The notes under the pieces are model-generated. The model was not told the DNA's origin. It searched no databases and worked only from the letters and a program-made list of their open reading frames with translations. The translations under genes were made by a program, and so were the position numbers. A stretch of DNA of 64,000 nucleotides from Octopus vulgaris. Its lineage: Eukaryota. The stretch spans positions 29,574,001 through 29,638,000 of the forward strand of contig OX597814.1 of assembly GCA_951406725.2 (NCBI GenBank), given 5' to 3'. Positions 12,164 to 24,870 of this stretch are shown one piece after another (positions within the stretch are counted from its first letter, which is position 1; each line of letters begins with the position of its first letter).

Positions 12164-14245
12164 TTAAAGTTTTTGAGAGGAACATTAACTCTGTCAGTTT
12201 CATCTGTGCTGTACAGGACTTGTGCAATGTTGTATACCAAACCATTCAAAATAAACATTAATAAAACAACAAAAGCCCATCTATTTTCTTCACTGTATCT
12301 TAATTTTTTTTTTTAATCTCCATACAGAAGAAGAGTTGTTTCGTAACAATCTACTGCACTGTTCTATAACTATCTGGGTGTGGAAATTAATTAGTAGGTT
12401 CGTTGTGGGTCAACACTTGAAGCTTCAAAGAAGTGTGTCAAAGGTTATCAACTCAGTGCATCTCATCACTCTCCAGGTTATGATGAAGTAAAAAGACTCA
12501 AATGTGAATTGAACCTACATTGCAGACTCAGCTTGGCTACTGCTTATCCATATTCTATGATCCTTGCAATGAAATATTATTTGTTGAGGTTGTGTACCAC
12601 ATAATATTGGGTCACTGGGTTACCATAAAAGATTTTATCTTCCTGTCAAGCGCTGTTTCATATTACTGGTGCTGGCACCATACAAAAAGCACCCAGTACA
12701 CTCTGTAGAAGTGGTTGGTGTTAGGAAAGGCATCCAGCTATAGAGATCATGCGAAAGCGGACAATGGAGCTTGGCACAGTCCTTAAGTTCACCAGTTCCT
12801 CTCAAACCTTCCAATCCATACCAGCATGAAAATCAGATGTTAAATGATGATGGTCGTCATGTATTTGGTGAACCAGCCTGGTCATATTCATTCTTTACCA
12901 AATTATAATCCTAGAGAGAGTTAATTTTGGTATTACAAACTGGTTAAAGACTCATCACTTTCACAATACTCCTGCTGCTTGTATTTTTCTTAGACATACC
13001 ACAGTACTAGTGATTGAATAAGAAGCCCTCTTTCTATTGGCCTATGCAGTCATGACTCTCCAGTAAAGTATGTTTGAACTAAATATCTGCTGGAGAATGA
13101 CTGTAATTGTTCCAAAATTTAATTATGTTATTTAGATTGGCTGATTATTGTTGTTTCATATCCTTGTGGCACTTTGGGAAATAAACTATTTTGTAGGTTA
13201 TTACATATTAAGTAGGTTAATTAACAAATGCAATGTCTTTAAATTCTTTATGAGTCACATTATAGTATATCTGCTCACTAAAACTAAAACATGGGCTGTA
13301 ATAATATCCAAGCCTGCCTCAAATCTACGGGCTCATGAGGCTGGAGCTAATCCAAGTTTTAAAGAGAGCTGAGAGCACAAGATTCCACCTGGGAAGGATT
13401 GAGCCAGTCTGTCATAGGTCACAGAGTTAACCCTTTGGGATTTAAGCTGACCATATCCAGCCAAAATACCTGTTTTATGTTTAACACCTGTTTTATGTTT
13501 AAACTAACCAGATTCAGCCTTTCACATCTTCCTTACAATGTTATTCTAAAAAAAATAAGTGCTGGGGTCAATTCATTCAACTAAAATTCTTCAAGGAGGT
13601 GCCCCAGCATGGCCCCTGTCTAATGACTGAAACAAGTAAAAGATAAAAGAATAAAGAGGTAATTAGCTCCACTTTCTTTAGTTCTAAGCAGATACTTAAA
13701 AAGATAAAAAACCTTGGATATGATACCTTTTGTTGTGACGGTTATTTTTCTTTTGTCGAAGGAAAGTATGGTATGGTACCATTGTTCATTTCAGTTATCT
13801 TAGACATCTCACTGGATGAAACAATGAATCTTATACAATAATTTATGAATCCATCTTGTTCACTTATTAAATCCCCAAATCTACTAATCAGTTTCTCAGT
13901 TTCAGTGTGTGTGTGTAATTATCGCCATCATTATTTTAATGTCTGCTTTTTTATGATTGCATGGGTTGGACGGGATTTCTTGAAGCAGGTTTTCTACAGC
14001 CAGATGCCTTTCCTTTCACCAACCAAGCAAGGTAATATTCCCCATGACCATACATGCTTTCATAGAAGATTAGAAACAAAGGAGACTGCTTGCATGAGGA
14101 TGCCATTAGTTTTCAAAGGTCTCCTGAAGTCAAGCCAAGGAGACAGTAACACACACACACACACACACATAAAGGGCCTCCTTCTGTTTCTCTCTTCCAC
14201 TTCGGCTCTCAAGGCTTTGGTCAGCCCAAGACTGCAGTTGTCTTG

Positions 14246-14830
14246 TCATCATCATCATACATCTGTTTTCCATGCTGGCATGGGTTGGATGTTTCGACTG
14301 AAAACTGGTAAGCTGGGGAGATGCATCAGGTTCCAGTCTGATTTGGCATGGTTTTTATGGCTGGATGCTCCAAGAGTGTAGTGGGTGCTTTTTATGTGCC
14401 ACTGACATGACACAGGTCTACATAAGCACAGTATATCGCCAAAGGTCTCAGTCACCTGTCACTTCCTCCATGAGGCCCAACAATTAAGCAATGCTTTTTA
14501 CGTGCTGCCTGCACAGCTGCCAGTCAGACGGTCCTGGCATTGGCCATGACTACCATTTCACTTTGCTTGACAGGTCTTCTCAAACACAGCAAATCAACAA
14601 AGGTCTTGATAACATGTCATCACCTTCGTAAGGCCCAACGTTCAAAGATCATGCTTCACTTCATCCCATGTCATTCTGGGTCTACCTCTTCCACAGGTTC
14701 CTTCCAGTTAGAGTGTGGCACTTCACTCAGCTGTCCTCATCAATACGCATCACATGACCATATCAGTCTCTCTTGCACACCACATCTGATGCCTCTTATG
14801 CCCAACTTTTCTCCCAGAACTCTTACACTC
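14246..14830 (-). mobile_element. RTE LINE 3' end (coding tail plus 3' UTR, family C)
   Basis: Decayed post-RT coding sequence (14580-14830) runs into the family C tail ...ccaacccatgccagcatggaaaac...(GAT)n. Confidence 0.7.
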
Positions 14831-14867
14831 ATTTTTCTAATTTACAATTGGCCAGGAAGACATAGAA

Positions 14868-15232
14868 TGAAGTCCTGAAGGACAACCTCAGGACACTGAA
14901 CCTTTCAGACAAGATGACAAAGGACCGAGATACCTGGCACCTTGCTATACTCAAGAAGAGCTGTCCTTCACAGAAGACGTATTAAAGCCACTCCCTCTGG
15001 TAAAGAGGATCGGCCAGTAAGATCTTGTGCCAGTGCCTTGTAAGAAGCGCTTGTGCTGGTGCCATGTAGAAGCACTGATGCAGTGCCACATAAAAGCACC
15101 CAGCACACTCTGTAAAGTGGCTGGCATTAGGAAGGGCATCTAGCCATAGAAACCATGCCATCTCCAGCTTGCTGGCTCTGGTCAAAGCATCCAACTCATG
15201 CCAACACGAACAGCAGGCATTAAATGATGCTG
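14868..15232 (+). mobile_element. RTE LINE 3' end (coding tail plus 3' UTR, family C)
   Basis: EVLKDNLRTLNLSDKMTKDRDTWHLAILKK, then ggcattaggaagggcatc...gatgctgat. Confidence 0.7.
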
Positions 15233-15320
15233 ATTTCAATTTTGCTAAGATGGCATTGTTATCTAACAATAACTATGTTTCCATACACAGTTGGGTATTT
15301 GTTGCTCCCGTTTATGGTTT

Positions 15321-15500
15321 GGGTCGCAAACATGTCCTAGCTTGCAGCCAGTTAGTGACTATGTCCATACTCATGTCAGAGTAGCAAACATGTTCCTGCT
15401 CTTGGTGGGACTATAATCATGTCCCTGCTCTCAGCTGAGCTGGAAACATGCCCCATCCCTCTCAGTCAGGTTACAAATATACCCTCACTCTAGTCAAGGC
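15321..15500. repeat. Degenerate ~29-bp minisatellite
   Basis: About six units sharing (a)aCATGTCC(c)tgCTC. Confidence 0.5.
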
Positions 15501-15593
15501 AGTAACTAAGGCTAGATGGTTGACAAAAAAAAAAAAAAAAGATAGTGCTGATGATGTCAAAATAAGACTGAAACATGTCCTCCAGATTTGTCT

Positions 15594-15989
15594 TACTCTC
15601 TTTTACTCTTTTACTTGTTTCAGGCATTTTGACTGCGGCCATGCTGGAGCACCGCCTTTAATCGAGCAACTTATTCTTTTGTAAGCCCAGTACTTATTCT
15701 ATCGGTCTCTTTTGCCGAACCGCTAAGTAACGGGGACATAAACACACCAGCATCGGTTGTCAAGCAATGCTAGGGTGACAAACACAGACACACACATACA
15801 TACATATATATATATATATACATATATACGACGGGCTTCTTTCAGTTTCCGTCTACCAAATCCACTCACAAGGCTTTTGTCGGCCCGAGGCTATAGTAGA
15901 AGACACTTGCCCAAGGTGCCACGCAGTGGGACTGAACCCGGAGCCATGTGGTTGGTAAACAAGCTACTTACCACACAGCCACTCCTGCG
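15594..15989 (-). mobile_element. tRNA-derived SINE, family A
   Basis: Full-length reverse copy. Confidence 0.85.
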
Positions 15990-16658
15990 TCTTCTATATT
16001 TTCTAGAAAAATTATGATGATCAGTGACTAATATTATCTTTACTTCATTGCACAATTACTTCACAGTTTTTTAATATTCCCTGTATTAAACCTACTAATA
16101 TAACTATTGTAGACTAGTTTAATTATCATCATAAGACATTAATTTACTTCATTGTGAAAATTTCATGACTTAGATTTCTCTGATCAAATTAAAAACACAA
16201 AATTTTGATCATAAATTGTAATAGTAAGTTAGATTTGTTATGATAGCAACTAAATTTAGATTATGCTTTAGCACTTATTCTCTAGTGCATATCCTCACCA
16301 CTGTAAGCACATTAGACAAAAGTTCTTTTTCTTCCTCTTTTTATCTGCAGTGTATGATCAAGAATACATTTGGTTAGCTATTTTTGTGGTAATTGATCAG
16401 GAACTCACCTCTATTATTTCTTGAATTCAATCTGTTTGTATTTCCTCAAATAGAAAAATCTATCTTTTTAAAATTATCAAATTTACTGAACTATACAAAT
16501 ACGTACATAAAAATCATTTGTTTTGAAAGATTATTTTCAGAAACAATTTCATACTTTCTCTTCTTTCTTGATGTTTTTTAAAAATTTTCTATATATTTTT
16601 AAACTAACTTTTTTATTGAAATTCTAATAATTTTTTTTTTCTTTGAAATTTTATTCAG

Positions 16659-16752
16659 ATCAAATTCATATTGGTATTTATGGAATGCCTTCAAGTCACT
16701 CTCAGTTCATGGGTTTTTTTAATACATATCTTATCTTATTTTTGTTATTTAG
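16659..16752 (+). CDS. DOLPP1: Dolichyldiphosphatase 1 internal exon (94 nt)
   Basis: ttattcag|AT...TTTAG|gtaagt. Translates (N)QIHIGIYGMPSSHSQFMGFFNTYLILFLLF(R); YGMPSSHSQFM is the DOLPP1 form of PAP2 motif 2. Confidence 0.96.
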
Positions 16753-17144
16753 GTAAGTTCTTTATTTATTCAATCATAATCATCATTATCATCATCATTC
16801 TCATCATGTTAATGATTTAACCTTACAAAGATCCTGTAGTCAGCAATTTTTCAATTTAAATGCGCCAACCAGCTTATTTCATAGAAAACATTATATTGTG
16901 AATATAATTTTGTGGAAAATAGATTCTTGTATTTTTTTACAAAATTATATTCACAATTATATTTATAATTAACGAAAAGAGCATGTCATTCTTAGTTTAT
17001 CTGCATTTTTTTTTTTCTTGCATTGATGTTTTGGTATTCATGAATAAACTGTCAAGAGTTAATCAATTGTTAAGCACCAGTCTGAGAAATAGATTGGTGT
17101 GCTGTATATAATATATGAATAATCTTTTCTACTCCACGCACAAG

Positions 17145-17578
17145 GCCTGAAATTTTGGGGGAGGGTGCCAGTTGATTAGATCGACCCAGTATGCAACTGG
17201 TACTTAATTTATCGACCCTGGAAGGATGAAAGGCAAAGTTAACCGTGGCAGAATTTGAACTCAGAACATAAAGACAGATGAAATACCTATTTCTTTACTA
17301 CCCACAAGGGGCTAAACACAGAGAGGACAAACAAGGACAGACAAATGGATAAAGTTGATTATATCGACCCCAGTGCGTAACTGGTACTTAATTAATCGAC
17401 CCCGAAAGGATGAAAGGCAAAGTCGACCCCGGCGGTATTTGAACTCAGAACATAACAGCAGACAAAATACCACTAAGCATTTCACCCAGTGTGGTAACGA
17501 TCCTGCCAGCTCGCCGCTTTGGCTGATGAAATACCACTTAGCCTGGTGTGCTAATGTTTCTGCCAGCTCACCACCTTA
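17145..17578 (-). mobile_element. Nested pair of family B SINEs
   Basis: A copy at ~17288-17520 splits a second copy (17145-17287 and 17526-17578); GATGAAATACC occurs on both sides. Confidence 0.75.
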
Positions 17579-17739
17579 TATGATAAATGAATAATGGCAA
17601 ATACAGGCAATCTAGGGTTTGGGGTTCAAAACCCCATCAGTGAGCTAGTTTCCTTTCTCCATTCCAAAATGGTACTTATAGCTAGCATCTAATATAACAT
17701 AAAAAACAAAAGACTGAAGATATCATTTTTCTTTCTTTA

Positions 17740-18095
17740 AGCCTTACTTATTTCAGTCCTTAGACTGTGGCTATGCTGGAGCAGTGCCTTTAAGGGTTCA
17801 GTTGAACAAATCAATCCCAATTTGTATTTCCTAAGTCTGTTACTTATTCTATCAGTCCCTTTTGCCAAACCACTAAGTTGCAGGAATGTAAACAAGCCAA
17901 CATTAGTTGTCAAATAGCGGATGGGGGGGGGGACACACAGACACATATGCAACAAGCTTCCACACAGTTTCCATCTACCATATTCACTCACAAAGCATTG
18001 GTCAGCTCACAGCCCAAGGTGTCACAAAGTGAGATTGAACCTGAAACCATGTGGTTACAAAGTAAGCTTCTTAACCACACAGCCATGCCTGCGCC
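17740..18095 (-). mobile_element. tRNA-derived SINE, family A (diverged)
   Basis: Reverse copy with internal deletions. Confidence 0.7.
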
Positions 18096-18424
18096 TATTT
18101 TGATAATCTTAATCTTAACTGTGTCACTTGAAGATGCTTCCTTTATATATAGATGTCACTGGATTAAAGATCACACTGTGAAGAAACTATATTCTATCCT
18201 CTGAATATTGTCGATACTCGTCGTATCCATTTGGGTGTTAAAGAGAATATAATGCTATACTGTTTTCCTAATATGTATTGTAGACGTATGTGTTGGTGCT
18301 GTTGAAGGAGACTAGGTTAGTATGTCCCTGCTACAGGATGTATTTGAAATCAAAGTTCATAGGAGAGGGGTATGTCTGGTGTTAGTTGTCTTGGGTACAG
18401 GGGGATAATGGTAATAAGCAAAAT

Positions 18425-18657
18425 AAGGCGGCGAGCTGGCAGAAACGTTAGCACGCCGGGCGAAATGCTTAGCGGTATTTCGTCTGCGTTACGTTGTGAG
18501 TTCAAATTCCACCGAGGTCGACTTTGCCTTTCATCCTTTCGGGGTCGATAAATTAATTAACAGTTACACACTGGGGTCGATGTAATCGACTTAATACCTA
18601 TGTCTGTCCTTGTTTGTCCCCTCTGTGTTTAGCCCCTTGTGGGTAATAAAGAAATAA
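18425..18657 (+). mobile_element. SINE family B, full length with 14-bp TSD
   Basis: GTAATAAGCAAAAT duplicated at 18411-18424 and 18658-18671. Head GGCGGCGAGCTGGCAGAA...GAGTTCAAATTCC; centre GTCGACTTTGCCTTTCATCCTTTCGGGGTCGATAAA (resembles a Meta/MESC-type central domain, tentative). Confidence 0.85.
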
Positions 18658-18802
18658 GTAATAAGCAAAATTTTAAAGGTAGAGTGAAGAGTGATATCAT
18701 TTGTGTAGGTGTATATGTGGTTGCAAAGGAACAGCAAGTTATTAATGTGTGACAGAATGTTGGATAATAACTCAACATCAGGCACACAAGTACCAGCGAT
18801 TT

Positions 18803-19030
18803 AAACCTTTATCTTTTAAACTGGTCACGTCTGTCCCAAATATTCTACCTGTTTTATGTTCAAATGAGTCAGATCTGGTTTTTCACACCTATGTACTCGG
18901 CAATGTCATTCTAAAAACAAACAATTGCATCATCACAATCTTGAAGCTTTGAGACAATGCATGATTAATTCTAAACAGTATGAAAAAATAAGCCTTACAT
19001 CTGACGGTAATCTGAAAATTAACGCATTAA
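18803..19030 (+). mobile_element. piggyBac-type MITE, diverged copy
   Basis: Same internal sequence (aatattctacctgttttatgttcaaa ... aatgcatgattaatt) with decayed TIRs. Confidence 0.65.
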
Positions 19031-19873
19031 AGTATGTGCTAGCCATGAACTTTTGCACTGGAAAGATTCGAAGACAGACACAGTTAAATGCATGCTCATA
19101 GCTGCCAATCTAAGCACATGCAAAAAGGAATCATCAAAGCAGTGTGATACAAAACTATGTAAATGTTTTATTGTGTATAGCACAATGAAATTGTTAACTA
19201 TGGCTACATTATGTTAAAATGCTAGCATATTTGCCATGGGTACACTTTCACAACAAACATTGCATATGTCCAGAGAGTAAGGCTTATGTTCTTTTTGTTC
19301 TCAAATTATTGGGCTGTTATTAAGAGATAAACAAAAAGTGAATGTAATAATTTTTTGTACGCTTTTAAATGGTTAAAACAACTCTTCGTAATGTAATTGT
19401 TTCAGTTTCGCCACACATGCTCTCAGATCAAGTCACTTGTCAAACAAGTACAGCTCCTAAACTAGTTATTATTGTTGTTCGATAATCTCCAACAGTTCTG
19501 CTTCTGCAGATCTATTGCATGGAGGTAATCAACTGAAACATTTCAAACCATGAAACAACCAGCATGTCTAACAACTCCCTAGCTTACTGTCCTACTTCTG
19601 CCACGATACTTCATGTAGTCATGCAATGACTAGGAGCAATTTGGCGCTCACTGTAACCCAAAGATTTTAGTGGCTGTTTTAAGGACAAGTAAAATAAACT
19701 AGGTTGATGCTCATCGACCTAGTTTTCCTAAAATTTATCAAGAGTGGTTGGCAACTCAGCATAAGATCTTGGACTAGTGGAGCAATTGATATCAGACTGA
19801 AGTATTCAGTTTCATCTTTCTATGTTGTGAGTTCAAATCCCACTTGGAGATGAAAAGTGGAGGTGGTGTTTAA

Positions 19874-20098
19874 CCCTTTAGTGTTCACATTATTCTGCCA
19901 AAATCAATGCTTTTTTATCCACATTGCTTTGAACTAATCATGCATTATTTTGATGAGGTTGCTGTTAATTTTTAAAACAATACTGTAGGGTTGGTGTGAG
20001 AGACCAGATCTGGTCAGTTTGAACATAAAACAGGCAGAATACTTTTGGCCATATATGGCCAGTTTAAATGCTAAAGGGTTAAATAATAGAAGTTTGGG
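19874..20098 (-). mobile_element. piggyBac-type MITE (~220 bp family)
   Basis: TTAA-CCCTTTAG ... CTAAAGGG-TTAA, in reverse orientation. Confidence 0.82.
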
Positions 20099-21399
20099 AG
20101 TTAATTAAATCAACTAAACTCTTCCCTTAAATGCATGAGATCTGATTGCCAAAAGATTCTAGACAAACTATTTAATATATCCTTTTGTTTTTAACATGGC
20201 AGAATATGGTTTTAGGGAGATTTATTGCAGATTGGGCAACGATGTAAAGGCTTTTTTTCCCCCACTAAATGCTTGTGATCTAGTTACCAATGTTTGAAAA
20301 CATTCTAGACTGTTTTGATTGCCAGCTAATATAAACTCACTCAAATAGCATTTACCCACTACCCCCTGCACACACATGCTTGTGTAGAGATATGTTTTTA
20401 CTCTTCTGTGCACCTTAACTATATTGCTGCTACTGTTGTTTAGCCCCTGGTCAAGTATGATTATCATCATCATCATCATTTGCCACAACTGCGATTTTGC
20501 TCAGCTTGATGGGTCTTCTTCTCAAGCATGACATATTACCAAAGGTTTTGGTCTTTGCCTCCATGAGGCCCAATGCTCCAGAGGAATTCAGCCATCTCGC
20601 CTCCGTGAGTCCCATTCGAAAGTAACTCAGCCACCTTGCCTCCGTGAGGCCCAAATAGACTATAATCAAAGACATTCCAACCAGGATTCACCTGTCTTTT
20701 TGTTTCTCAGGTATAGCGTGCCTCAGGCTATTTAACATATTCTTTTATTTTCAACATTGTAGAATGTGGTTTTAGTGAAATTTGGCTAATTTTTCTAACA
20801 GACTGAATGACATACCCCTTGACTTTCTTATCTGATAGTTTTGTATTTTCTGGTTATACCTGACATGTATTATTAATGTTTATTTTGATTTACCTTTACA
20901 AAAGTATGTATATCATCTTCCTCAATTTCATAGCAAACTTTTCCTCCACAATGCATTGTGGCTATACACTACATGTCCATACATGCATACATTAGCTAAC
21001 ACTATTACTGTATAGTTACTTTCTCAATTCCCTTACACTTTGTCTTCCTTCCAAGTCAATATTGCACATCCAATAAATAATACAAAACTAATTTTTCAAT
21101 TGATGCAGACACTCTGCTCTCATTGTTCATATTTCAGTACCATATAGCTTCATACTTCTTACACATGCTTCATTAAGTTTTGTTTTCATATGGAGAGAGA
21201 ATCATATTTGTCCTTACTATATTCTTTATTGATTACCAGCTATTTATATCAAATCAATAGTACAATATAAATTCATATTTTACACAACAATCCTATGGTT
21301 TTCAACAAAATAAAATGTTAGGTGAAATTTAGGTGATCTTATTGCCTGAGAAAGTGGTTCTGTTAAGATTTATCTGTTGTTAGGTACAGGTACGGTTTT

Positions 21400-21670
21400 G
21401 GCTTCGCTCACCTGTGTGGCACCTTGGGCGAGTGTCTTCTACTATAACCCTAGGCTGACTAATACCTCGTGAATGAATTTGGTAGACTGAAATTGAACGC
21501 AGCCCTTCATGTGTGTGTGTGTGCATCTTTGTATTTGCTATCCCACCCTCACTTGACAATCAGTGTTGATTTATGCCCCAGTAACTTAGTGGTTCAACAA
21601 AAAAATAATCAATAGAGCAATAGGCTTAAAACATGTACTGGGATCAATTTATTTGACTAAACCCTGCAGG
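21400..21670 (+). mobile_element. tRNA-derived SINE, family A (diverged)
   Basis: ggcaccttgggcgagtgtcttctactata ... gaatttggtagac body. Confidence 0.65.
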
Positions 21671-22080
21671 GTCACACTCAAATGAAATGCATAAAAGAAT
21701 AAAACACATCTGTATGCATGCCTGCACAAATTTGTATGTTTGTTGATATTCCATGCTTGTCACTGGTTAAGCGAAACAGCAGTGATGTTGACATTCCTTG
21801 TATAATGACCAGTTGCTCCGCATTTTTGAAAATCACTAGAATGAGAAAAAGAAAATCTCTTGAAAAGCCGTGTAAGGTTTGGCAACAGGAAGAGCATCCA
21901 ACTATAAAAATCTTGCCTGAAATAATTCCCCCATCCAAACCCATGTTATCAAGAAAAAAAGATATTAAAGAAACAAATGAATGTTCTTCTTATTAGGATT
22001 CTGAGTTGTCCTTCAATCTCAATCTATTTTTAATGGCTGAATACCGAAATATGTAAGAATTGTTTAAAAATTAATTTTTA

Positions 22081-22243
22081 GGTATAGGAGTGGCTGTGTG
22101 GTAAGTAGCTTGCTTACCAACCACATGGTTCCAGGTTCAGTCCCACTGCGTGGCACCTTGGGCAAGTGTCTTCTACTATAGACTTGGGCCAACCAAAGCC
22201 TTGTGAGTGGATTTGGTAGACCGAAACTGAAAGAAGTCTGTCG

Positions 22244-22286
<43 letters not shown>

Positions 22287-22485
22287 ATATATAGGTTTGT
22301 CCCCGCCAACATTGCTTGACAACTCATGCTGGTGTGTTTACGTCCCCGTAACATAGCAGTTCGGCAAAAGAGACCGATAGAATAAGTACTAAGCTTACAA
22401 AGAATAAGTCCTGGGGTTGATTTGCTCGACTAAAGGTGGTGCTCCAGCATGGCCACAGTCAATTGACTGAAACAAGTAAAAGAGT
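22081..22485 (+). mobile_element. tRNA-derived SINE, family A
   Basis: Full-length copy. Confidence 0.85.
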
Positions 22486-22651
22486 AATTTATCTATCCTG
22501 CTGTTATTATGAAGATATGTGAAAACCATAGCAGTGTTATGCTCTGATTATTTCAATACTCAGATTCATTAGAGGAACCAGTTCATCACCCACTACTTTT
22601 AGTTTTTCTTGCAGTATCTCTCCACTCTAGTATTGTTGGTGCTTTATTTAA

Positions 22652-22871
22652 CCCTTTAGTGTTCACATTATTCTACCAAAATTAATGTTTTTTATTCACA
22701 TTGTTTTGAACTAATCATGCATTATCTTGTAGCTATGAGATTTTGATGAGGTAGCTGTTAATTTTTAACACGATATTGTAGGGTTGGTGTAAGAGACCAG
22801 ATCTGGTCACTTTGAACATAAAAAAGGCAGAATACTTTTGGCCGGATATGGCCGGTTTAAATGCTAAAGGG
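22652..22871 (-). mobile_element. piggyBac-type MITE (~220 bp family)
   Basis: TTAA-CCCTTTAG ... CTAAAGGG-TTAA. Confidence 0.82.
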
Positions 22872-23049
22872 TTAAATATTATTTACTTTTTGGTACACTG
22901 TTCTTTGTCGTCATTGTTGTTGGAATGTTATGGTTTGCTGCCTCCAACTATGGTGTGTTTATCATGACTCTAACACTAAAAGAACTTTTCCTTTTAATTG
23001 GGGCTCCCTTCAGCCAAAATTCCTTGTTTCCACCCTCAGTGAACGGAAT

Positions 23050-23415
23050 GCATTCTTTTGTCTTCTACTTGTTTCCCGGTCATACTGGGGCACTATCTCA
23101 AACGGTTTAGTTGAACAAATCGACTCCTACAATTTTTTTTTTGTTTAAGCCTGGTGACTTATTCTATCAGTCACTTTTGCTGAACCACTAAGTTATGGGA
23201 TGCAAACAAACCAACACTGGTCGTCAAGTGGTGGCAGGAGACAAATGTAATACAAACACACACACACACACACACGCACATGACAGGCTTCTTCACAGTT
23301 TCTATCTATCAAATTCACTCACAAGGCATTGGCTGGCCTAGAGTTATAGTAGAAGATTATTTGCCCAAGGTGCCATGCTTTGGGAGTGAATGTGAAACCA
23401 CCTGGTTGCAAAGCT
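23050..23415 (-). mobile_element. tRNA-derived SINE, family A (diverged)
   Basis: Reverse copy with a (CA)n centre. Confidence 0.7.
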
Positions 23416-23795
23416 GCCAATAATTTGGAAAACCTGTCTTTCCAGACTTTAAGCAAAGCTTGCCAGGAACATCCATTCTTTTAATATTTTAATTGATGTC
23501 AGTCATTGGGCTGCAGCCATTCTAGAACCAATAAGTTTAGTTGATTATCTCCCCTTATCCATAAATTTACCTTCTTTGTGACACCACTAAACTTTTTGCA
23601 TTCTTTTGACTAATATTTACATTTTGCTCTTTTACTTTTTGCCTGGTGTGTTCAAAATATATAATTTCACTTGTAATTGAATTGTATTTCGTATATTTCA
23701 CATTTATTTTCTCCAATTTAAATTAGTCTGATTTGTGACCATCAAATTTTTCTTGTTATTTTAGAATTTTATTTTTCTTTGTTTCTGTTTTTCAG

Positions 23796-23888
23796 GCTTT
23801 ATAGAAACTACAATTGGATAGATGACTCATGGAAAATTGTAGTTAGTTGCTTAACATGTATAGTAACAGTGTTAGTATGTATTAGTCG
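23796..23888 (+). CDS. DOLPP1: Dolichyldiphosphatase 1 internal exon (93 nt, phase 2-2)
   Basis: gtttttcag|G...AGTCG|gtaagt. Translates LYRNYNWIDDSWKIVVSCLTCIVTVLVCIS(R): a transmembrane segment ending in the SR of motif 3. Confidence 0.92.
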
Positions 23889-24214
23889 GTAAGTATATTT
23901 GTAATTTTAAAAACAGTACATATTTTTGTTTCTCAAATAAAAATATTAACTTTCATAATTTTTTCCAAATTTAAATTTTTAAATGAATTTTTAAAAAAAT
24001 TACCATTAACCACAACCTAGTTAGCTACTATGGAAAGTAGAAAAAAATTTATTTTCTGCAACTCCACTGCACGGCATCTTGGGCAAGTTTATTCTATAGC
24101 TCCTGACTGACAAAAGCCTTATTAGTGGATTTGGTAGACAGAAAATGAAGGAAACCCATTGTGTGTGTGGGTGCAAGCATGCATGTATGTGTATTGCTCT
24201 GTCGACCAGTCAGT

Positions 24215-24870
24215 TGGATATCCTTACCATTTACCACTGATCATAATGTGCATCGATGCTTCTCTTGAGTGCACCCTTCTCTCCCATTTGGGCCCAAATT
24301 TTTGAATATGTCATCTTCCTATCATTTTGCAAAGCTTTCGGTTGGTCTCTTTCAATTTCTTGGATACCACTTGACAACTGCATCTGTCCACCTGTTGTCT
24401 GTGAACCTTGCAACATGTCTAGCTCAGAGGAACTTGGGCTCTCAATATTCCATGACCACATCATTCACTCCACTCCATTCTTAAATCACCTCATTTTGGA
24501 TATGCTCCAGCAACAATATTCTTAACATGAATTTTTCCATGGCCCTCTGTATTGTAGATAGTTAGGGGTTCTTTCTTCACAGTAGCCCTTGTACGTAGGA
24601 CAGTGCTATTGAAGTGATTTGCACACAGGGTCTTGTCCAGCTGTACTTTGGACACATTTCCAATCAAGGCAAATGCCTTCCATCTTCTTCTTACTCTCTA
24701 CAGATTTCTGCATTCATATCTCAGCATATATTTACTGTCTGTTCAAAGTAGATGTACACTTTCACCTTCTCAATTTCATCACTTCCCACTATGGGTCAGT
24801 CTTGTTCTACATTTCTGGACTGCACGTATTTTGTGTTCATTCAGTTTATTTTGAAGCCTACTGCTAAACT
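24215..24870 (-). mobile_element. Decayed RTE-clade LINE 3' fragment
   Basis: Minus-strand peptides IQRAMEK, HVARFTDNRWT and WYPR..KRP, typical of the post-RT region; many stops. Confidence 0.6.

Noticed and set aside
15757-16017. Recurring ORFs with RLPNPLTRL...HLPKVPRSGTEPGTMWLV
   Set aside because: Antisense translation of the family A SINE.
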